A stretch of DNA of 64,000 bases from an uncultured bacterium (GTDB taxonomy: Bacteria > JAGRBM01 > JAHCIT01). The DNA is taken from contig CAZMGV010000005.1 of NCBI GenBank assembly GCA_964565925.1, positions 64,100 to 128,099 of the forward strand. The letters are read 5' to 3'. The position numbers and the translations under genes are program-made. This document shows, one piece after another, positions 58,168 to 64,000 of the stretch (the stretch's first letter is position 1; each line of letters opens with the position of its first letter). The notes below the pieces were generated by a model that was not told the origin of the DNA, made no database searches, and saw nothing but the letters and a program-made list of their open reading frames with translations.

Positions 58168-58249
58168 GGAAATCTGTAACTTGGGTTCAGGTGTGAAGGC
58201 TCGTTGCAGGACCCATGTGTGCGTTCCTGCCGAGGCTCAGGTGACTTGG

Positions 58250-58441
58250 TCAGGAAGCGGCGAGCTCCGAGCCGGTTTCGGCAAGGCCATCCCGGTCCGG
58301 TCCGCCAGTGACGGCCGCCTTCAGCTTCTCGCCTGCCTGCTTGCATGCGGCTTTGCGGTTGCGCTCGCGTGCCTGGGTGTATCGTACGAACCTGTCTCGG
58401 TAGTTGCGTACCGGCTTTGTCTTGTTCGTAGCCATGTCCAT
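58250..58441 (-). CDS. Small basic hypothetical protein (63 aa)
   Basis: ORF MDMATNKTKPVRNYRDRFVRYTQARERNRKAACKQAGEKLKAA..., with a GGAGA Shine-Dalgarno 4 nt upstream of the ATG and a strong terminator downstream. I recognise no family. Confidence 0.4.
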   Translation of the reverse strand: MDMATNKTKPVRNYRDRFVRYTQARERNRKAACKQAGEKLKAAVTGGPDRDGLAETGSELAAS

Positions 58442-58921
58442 AGGTCTCCTCATTTCAGGTCCGTCCGACGGGTCCGCCTTTTATCGACAGGCGGGAGTCT
58501 CAACAGGCCTTGCTGGGTTCCATTCAGCACAAGCAGTGCCAAGCCCAGTCAGAGAACAGTCGTCAAATATAACTATCTGAAATTACAGCAAAAAATATAA
58601 GTAATGCGACTCACGTCACATACGGATAGGCGGTTTTAGTCAACACTTTGAGCTCGATTGTGCAATAGATCACGGCCGAAATTCGCCAAAGCGGTGCAAG
58701 GCTTGCGCGTACCGCAAAGGAGGGTCCGGTTGCCCTCAGCTTGGGCGGCGAGATCCGACCCAGGTGCCGTCCGCGACGAAATTGGAATAAAACGTTTGTC
58801 AGAGCATTTTTTACTTGCGCCACGCCTTATAACGCAGTAAGTCAATCCCGTGGTCTAGCGCGTTTAATGAAACGCCGTTTGATACCCCGTTTTCGATACC
58901 CAAGGAGTGAAAAGAATCTAC

Positions 58922-59287
58922 ATGGCAACCAAGAAGGCACCTGCGAAGAAGAAACCGGCTGCGAAGAAGGCTCCGGCCAAGAAGTCCGCCCCCAAGAAAG
59001 CCGCCCCCAAGAAGGCGGCAGCGAAGGATCCGCGCCACGCCCTCGAATCGCAGATCAAGGGACTCGAGAAGTCGCTGCACGATCTCCGCGGCGAGCTGAC
59101 CCATTTCCAGGGCACCGTCGTCTCGTCGTCCCGCAATCTGGTTCACGCGTTCTCGGGCTTCCGCGATGCGCTGTCGTTCCAGAACAACCCGGCTGCCGAC
59201 GGCGTTCGTCAGGCGGCGACCCGGCTGGTGGACGGTTTCAACCACTATATCCAGCAGCTCCAGACCCGCGTCCGCAAGATCGGCTGA
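58922..59287 (+). CDS. Histone H1-like / AlgP-like lysine-alanine-rich nucleoid-associated protein with a C-terminal helical domain
   Basis: MATKKAPAKKKPAAKKAPAKKSAPKKAAPKKAAAKDP is followed by a coiled-coil-like ~80 aa. The start is ATG at 58922, or GTG at 58907. Confidence 0.55.
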   Translation: MATKKAPAKKKPAAKKAPAKKSAPKKAAPKKAAAKDPRHALESQIKGLEKSLHDLRGELTHFQGTVVSSSRNLVHAFSGFRDALSFQNNPAADGVRQAATRLVDGFNHYIQQLQTRVRKIG

Positions 59288-59417
59288 TATTTCCGGCTTG
59301 CTCGCGACCGATTTCCGGAGCGGTGCCCCAAGGGCCCGCTCCGGTTTCGCTTTTTGTATCGCGGCTCTCCTGTTACCTTGGTTACTGCTACCGGGTTCAT
59401 GCACGAGGAGAGACGCG

Positions 59418-60098
59418 TTGAGGGACAGCGGACCGTTCCCCTTTCACTACCGGATCATGGAACCCCGGTCGCTTGCGGCGGCCCCGGCCGGGAGCCGTCC
59501 GCCGCTCGTATTCTTCCTTCATGGCATCGGCGCAGACGAGAACGACCTGCTCTCGATCGGACGGGTGCTGGACCCGTCGCTGAAAGTGGTGAGCCTGCGC
59601 GCGCCGCACGACTACTACACCGGCCATTCGTGGTTCCATATCGACTTTAAACCGGACGGCTCGGTCATCCCCGACCGGGCGCAGGCGAGGGCAAGTCTGG
59701 TCGACCTGCTCACGGCGGTCCGGATGGCTCCGGCGGCGTTCGGAGCGGACCCGGAGCGGATTTACCTCCTCGGGTTCAGCCAGGGCGCCATGATGAGCCT
59801 GGCGGCGCTTCAGAGCTCGCCGGACAGCCTCGCTGGCGTCATGGCGCTTTCGGGCCGTTACAACCCGGACGTGTTCGACCGGTCCGCCCCGGACTCCGAA
59901 ATCGCCGGCGTCCCGCTGCTCGTCGCTCACGGCACGATGGACGAGGTGCTCCCGGTCGTGAACGGCCGCCAGACCCAGGCCGCATTTGAAAAGGTGTCGA
60001 AGGATTTCACCTACCGGGAGTTCCCCATCGGTCACGGCATCAGCCAGGACGAAATCGAATGGGTCTCCGACTGGCTGGAAAAACGGCTGCAGAGATAG
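59418..60098 (+). CDS. Phospholipase/carboxylesterase-family alpha/beta hydrolase
   Basis: PPLVFFLHGIGADENDLL...GFSQGAMMSL (GxSxG nucleophile elbow) ...AHGTMDEVLP...GHGIS gives the catalytic Ser/Asp/His order of the family. The start is uncertain (TTG about 59418 or ATG 59457). Confidence 0.7.
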   Translation: MRDSGPFPFHYRIMEPRSLAAAPAGSRPPLVFFLHGIGADENDLLSIGRVLDPSLKVVSLRAPHDYYTGHSWFHIDFKPDGSVIPDRAQARASLVDLLTAVRMAPAAFGADPERIYLLGFSQGAMMSLAALQSSPDSLAGVMALSGRYNPDVFDRSAPDSEIAGVPLLVAHGTMDEVLPVVNGRQTQAAFEKVSKDFTYREFPIGHGISQDEIEWVSDWLEKRLQR

Positions 60099-60192
60099 GG
60101 TCCCTCAAAATAGACACGGCGTGTCTTTGGTGTCCGGTATTTGCGGTATAATGCGCGCCGGTTTCGATGAGGGACCGGAAAAGGCGAATGCG

Positions 60193-61722
60193 ATGAGCAA
60201 ACAGGCAAACAACCAGGATTTTGACGTTCTGATCATTGGCGCGGGGATTTCCGGCATCGGCGCCGCCTGCCATATGAGCCGGGAATGCCCGAACAAGCGC
60301 GTGGCCATTCTCGAGCGGCGCGATGCCATCGGCGGCACCTGGGACCTGTTCCGTTATCCGGGGATCCGCTCCGATTCGGACATGTACACCTTCGGGTTCA
60401 ACTTCCGTCCGTGGACGCAGCCCAAGACGCTGGCCGACGGCCCGTCGATCAAGAACTACGTCATCGACACCGCCCGTGAATACGGCGTCGACAGGAAGAT
60501 CCACTTCGGCGTGAAGGTGACCGGCGCCAGCTGGAGCAGCGAGGCCTGCCAATGGACACTGCAGACGCAGAACGAAAAGACCGGCGAAAAGGGGACGTGG
60601 ACCTGCAACTTCCTGATGATCTGCACCGGCTACTACAACTATGACAAGGGCTACCAGCCCGACTTCCCCGGCCTGAAGGACTACAAGGGCCAGCTGATTC
60701 ATCCGCAGCACTGGCCGGAAGACCTCAACTACGCGGGCAAGAAAGTCGTCATTATCGGCAGCGGTGCGACGGCCGTCACGCTGCTCCCGGCCATGGCGGG
60801 CGAGACCGCGCACATCACCATGCTGCAGCGCTCTCCCACCTACATGATGTCGCTGCCGTCAAAAGACCCGATGGCCTCGCGCCTGCAGGGCAAACTCCCC
60901 GATATGGCGGTCTACCGGCTGATGCGGACGCGCAACATCGCGGTGCAGCGCTGGTCGTTCGAGGCGTCGCGCCGTTTCCCGGACGCCGCCCGCAAGCTGA
61001 TACTGCGCCTCGCCCGCAAGCAGCTGGGTGACAGGATCGACATGCGCCACTTCACCCCGGACTACAACCCCTGGGACCAGCGCCTGTGCGCCATGCCCGA
61101 CGGGGATTTCTTCAAGGCGATCCGATCGGGCCGCGCCTCGATCGAGACCGACCGGATCAAGACCTTTACTCCGAAGGGAATCCGGCTGGAATCGGGCAAA
61201 GAGCTGGAGGCCGACATCGTCATCTCCGCGACAGGACTCGATGTCCAGATGATGGGCGGCATGAAGCTCTCCGTCGACGGCAAGATGCACACGGCCAGCG
61301 ATTCGATGCTCTACAAGAGCGTACTTCTCGAGAATATTCCCAATGCCGGGGTGGTGATCGGCTACACCAACGCCTCCTGGACCCTGCGGGCCGATCTGGC
61401 GGCCGAATACGTCTGCCGGCTGCTCAACCATATGGACAAGAAGGGCTACGCCGTGGTGAAGCCCGTGGACCGGGAAGGGTGCCGGACCGACGAGACGGTC
61501 ATGGGTACGCTGCGTTCCGGCTACGTGATGCGGGCCGCCGACCGGATGCCCCGGCAGGGCTCCCACGGCCCCTGGAAGGCTACGCACGACTATTACCGCG
61601 ACATCCCGATGCTTCGGGCCGGGAAGATCGAGGACAAATACCTCGAGTTCAAGGGGCCTGCTGCCCGCACCGGCAAGGCGGTCGCCGGTAAAACCGGGCA
61701 CGCCTCCAAGCAGGCGTCCTGA
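60193..61722 (+). CDS. Flavin-containing (Baeyer-Villiger/FMO-type) monooxygenase
   Basis: FAD motif VLIIGAGISGIGAA, FMO motif FxGxxxHxxxW-like (YKGQLIHPQHW), and NADPH motif VVIIGSGATAV. The start is at MSKQANNQDF. Confidence 0.75.
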   Translation: MSKQANNQDFDVLIIGAGISGIGAACHMSRECPNKRVAILERRDAIGGTWDLFRYPGIRSDSDMYTFGFNFRPWTQPKTLADGPSIKNYVIDTAREYGVDRKIHFGVKVTGASWSSEACQWTLQTQNEKTGEKGTWTCNFLMICTGYYNYDKGYQPDFPGLKDYKGQLIHPQHWPEDLNYAGKKVVIIGSGATAVTLLPAMAGETAHITMLQRSPTYMMSLPSKDPMASRLQGKLPDMAVYRLMRTRNIAVQRWSFEASRRFPDAARKLILRLARKQLGDRIDMRHFTPDYNPWDQRLCAMPDGDFFKAIRSGRASIETDRIKTFTPKGIRLESGKELEADIVISATGLDVQMMGGMKLSVDGKMHTASDSMLYKSVLLENIPNAGVVIGYTNASWTLRADLAAEYVCRLLNHMDKKGYAVVKPVDREGCRTDETVMGTLRSGYVMRAADRMPRQGSHGPWKATHDYYRDIPMLRAGKIEDKYLEFKGPAARTGKAVAGKTGHASKQAS

Positions 61723-61743
61723 GCCGGCGCCCGGCCGGCGTAC

Positions 61744-62370
61744 TTACTTGCCCGCCGGGCTCTTCTGCGTGCCGTCGGGCTTCTTGCCGCCCGTGTAGAG
61801 CTTGGGGTTCATGCCCGGAGGCGGTTCCTGATCATTGCCGAAGATGAGCGGGGGCGGCAGCACCGGTTGGCTCTGCTGCGGCGCCTTCAGCCTTGAACGT
61901 TTCTTGCCCGCCTTGAACGACTTCTTGAGGGCCTCCCGCTTTTCCTTTTCACGGGCTTCCATTTTGGCAATGTCGCCTTCGTCGTCAGGTCCGGCGCCGG
62001 CGTCCGATTGCGGGCGGCTGGCCAGCCAGGCTGCCCGCTCCCTGGCTCCGTCGGCCGCTTCCCGCTTCTCTTCCTCCTGGATTTCCTTCTGGTGCGCCTC
62101 GTATTTGAGTTTGGATTCTTTACGGGTGCTTTCGGGGTCGAAGGCGCCGGTGTGAACTCCAGCCGGAATACCGGCCGGCGGTTCATCCGGCTGAGGCAGG
62201 GTTTGCGGCTCAGGCGCTGGCGGTTGCGGCGGGATGTAAGCGGGCGCCGGCCGGGAGACTGCCGCCGGAGCGGGCGAAACGCCCGGTTTGCTCCTGAGCG
62301 TGGTCCACCACAGTACGGCTCCGAGAAGAATGACCCCGGCGGCGACGAGCCAGAGATTGCGCTTGTTCAA
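61744..62370 (-). CDS. Hypothetical signal-anchored proline-rich / charged coiled-coil protein
   Basis: 208-aa ORF. The N-terminal TM (LWLVAAGVILLGAVLWW) is followed by a Pro-rich segment, a KE-rich helix and a Pro-rich C-terminus. Confidence 0.4.
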   Translation of the reverse strand: MNKRNLWLVAAGVILLGAVLWWTTLRSKPGVSPAPAAVSRPAPAYIPPQPPAPEPQTLPQPDEPPAGIPAGVHTGAFDPESTRKESKLKYEAHQKEIQEEEKREAADGARERAAWLASRPQSDAGAGPDDEGDIAKMEAREKEKREALKKSFKAGKKRSRLKAPQQSQPVLPPPLIFGNDQEPPPGMNPKLYTGGKKPDGTQKSPAGK

Positions 62371-62516
62371 TGGAGGTGTCCTTCAGCAGTCCCTATAGCG
62401 TACGGCGCATCGGAGTTGGACCTGTTCCGATGCCAAAACAAGCGGGCCGGGTGAAATCACCCGGCCCGCCTGGCTGTATTCCCGAAGGCCCTTTCAGACC
62501 TCAGGAACCGGTTCGA

Positions 62517-64000
62517 TCAGGGGAGCACAACGTCGAACGACACCTGGCCGTTCGAGTCGGGGAGCAGCCCGAAGCCGCCCACCTGAACACCGCCGAAGCT
62601 GCCGTCGTAGCCGCTGCCGTGACCGGCGCCGCCCGCAACGGAGGCCGATCCGGTGACATCGGGGGACTCTTCCGAAGAGTAGTCCAGCTCGATGTAGCCG
62701 CCGTCAGCACCGTTTCCGTCGCCCAGGCTGGCCGTGCCGCCATTGCTGGTCAGTACGCCGCTGTGGGTCAGCGTCCGGGCGGTCAGGTAGATGCTGCCGC
62801 CAGGAGAAGAGGCTGAAGCCGTAGCCGTGTTGCCGCCGTTGCAGGTGAGGTCGGCCTCATTGACAAGGGTGCCCTCGGTCACCAGATCGATGTCGCTGCC
62901 GTCACCGGCGCAGTAACCGCCGTTGCCCGTCACCGAGGATCCGCCGCTGGCGTCCATGGCGCCCGTATTAACCAGCAGAGTGTAGGCATACATGTAGATG
63001 CCGCCACCGTTGCCGGCCGTGTTGTCCGTGCCGTCGCCGCCCTGGACGTCGATCGCGCCCGAGTTGGTCACGCTGGCGTCATAGGGGGGCGTAGGTTCGG
63101 TGGCGTCCCCGCACGAATCCGTGAGGTAGGTGGACAGGTAGATGCTGCCGCCGCTGCCGCCGCTGCCGCTGCCTTCGCCGCCCAGGGACGAATCGCCGCC
63201 CTGCGCGACAAGGTTCGCTTCGTTAACCACGTTGCCCGGTCCGAAATAGGTGCTGTTGTAATCATATGCACCGTCGGAATTGTCGGTTTCGATATCGATA
63301 TTGTCCGCGCTGCCGCCGCTGTAGAGGCTGTCGCCGCCGGAGGTGTCGATCGTGTCGTAGCCGACGAAGTAGATCGGGCTTTCGCCGGGGTAGTCATAGC
63401 CGTCGCAGTTGCAATAGGCGCGCACCCGGATCTGGCGGGCGCTGCTGCCCGATCCGTCAAGGGCGTCGCCGCCGCTCGCGTCAATGTCAGCGCTGGAGTA
63501 GATGCCGCCTGACGCCGCACCGGGGGCGTCGGAGTAGTTGTCCACGTAGGATTCAAGGCGCACGGTCCACCAGTTTTCGTAACCGCCGCCGTTGCCGCCA
63601 TTGGGGCCGCCATTGCCAGCCTTGGCAGTGATCGAACCGGAAACCCGGATCGTGCCGACGTTGGTGTACAGACTGATGGTGTTGGGACGGCCGCCGTTGG
63701 CGCTGTCGGTGGAGTCGCCGCCGGAAGCGTTAAGCGCGCCGCTGCTGATTACAGTGCCCATGAAGTCGGCGCTGAGATTGATCCAGCCTGCGTCGCCGGC
63801 CCACGTCGAACCGTCGCCGCCGCGGGTCGACAGGTTGCCCGAGTTATATACGCCGCCCGAGCCGCCTTCTTCGCTGTCGGCGCGGAGCTCGATCTTGTAA
63901 CCACCGTCGCCGCCGCAGCCGTCGTCGGCGATGCCGCCGTTGGCCGTGATGTTACCGGTGTTATAGACGGAGTAGTTGCCGGAGTAGATCGTCACATGCC
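62517..64000 (-). CDS. Gly/Asp/Ser/Asn-rich repeat protein (probable beta-helix/beta-solenoid surface or secreted protein). The C-terminal ~490 aa are in the window; the gene continues past the right edge.
   Basis: The ORF is open to the window end. It carries a quasi-periodic ~25-30-aa repeat of the form N.G.I...GGDG...G.GG.I.L, with few charged residues other than Asp. Confidence 0.5.
   Translation of the reverse strand, partial: HVTIYSGNYSVYNTGNITANGGIADDGCGGDGGYKIELRADSEEGGSGGVYNSGNLSTRGGDGSTWAGDAGWINLSADFMGTVISSGALNASGGDSTDSANGGRPNTISLYTNVGTIRVSGSITAKAGNGGPNGGNGGGYENWWTVRLESYVDNYSDAPGAASGGIYSSADIDASGGDALDGSGSSARQIRVRAYCNCDGYDYPGESPIYFVGYDTIDTSGGDSLYSGGSADNIDIETDNSDGAYDYNSTYFGPGNVVNEANLVAQGGDSSLGGEGSGSGGSGGSIYLSTYLTDSCGDATEPTPPYDASVTNSGAIDVQGGDGTDNTAGNGGGIYMYAYTLLVNTGAMDASGGSSVTGNGGYCAGDGSDIDLVTEGTLVNEADLTCNGGNTATASASSPGGSIYLTARTLTHSGVLTSNGGTASLGDGNGADGGYIELDYSSEESPDVTGSASVAGGAGHGSGYDGSFGGVQVGGFGLLPDSNGQVSFDVVLP

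Overview
This 64-kb window is from a high-GC (about 63-66%) bacterial chromosome. It is densely coded on both strands, and many long antisense shadow ORFs appear in the six-frame track. I found no rRNA, CRISPR array, transposase or integrase. Reading from start to end, I call:
- a partial topoisomerase VI subunit B gene running off the left edge; it is missing from the ORF track because it has no stop in the window;
- two translationally coupled paralogous secreted/lipoproteins of unknown function, plus an FGE-sulfatase-domain protein;
- a Nudix hydrolase and a small Cys-rich zinc-ribbon protein;
- an alr-mlaE-mlaF-mlaD operon on the minus strand;
- a tightly coupled four-gene operon for a predicted lipid-linked glycosylation system: a pseudo-receiver/J-like/TPR protein, a GT2 polyprenyl-phosphate glycosyltransferase, a SAM-methyltransferase fused to a GT-C-type membrane glycosyltransferase, and a second GT-C paralog;
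- ftsB, trpE-trpG, a hotdog thioesterase and ECF sigma pair, a DUF4388-receiver regulator, and an FAD oxidoreductase;
- a three-gene operon encoding a cNMP-binding-domain UbiB/ABC1 kinase fusion, a membrane class III adenylate cyclase, and a hypothetical protein;
- a MopB molybdoenzyme;
- tRNA-Phe followed immediately by a perfect 3x19-bp tandem repeat;
- OsmC and AcpS;
- a PDH-type E1alpha/E1beta/E2 cluster with no E3, followed by a stand-alone ACP and an acetyl-CoA-synthetase-family ligase;
- a large signalling region with three tandem receiver proteins, a sigma54 NtrC-type regulator, a CHASE3 kinase, several hybrid kinases including a 1211-aa multi-PAS kinase, and a pentapeptide-repeat lipoprotein;
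- tRNA-Asp and tRNA-Val;
- two proteins with Lys/Ala-rich histone-H1-like N-termini;
- an esterase and a flavin monooxygenase;
- a partial Gly/Asp/Ser-rich beta-solenoid-like repeat protein running off the right edge.
The candidates for an undescribed system that I rank highest are the MTase-GT-C glycosylation operon, the adenylate-cyclase/cNMP-gated UbiB kinase operon, the AcpS-PDH-ACP-ligase cluster, and the paralogous secreted-protein pair upstream of top6B. Window coordinates are 1-based; in one region (about 9.2-10.0 kb) my manual position counts came out 1 nt lower than the ORF-track coordinates, which I trusted, so treat all boundaries as +/-1 nt.
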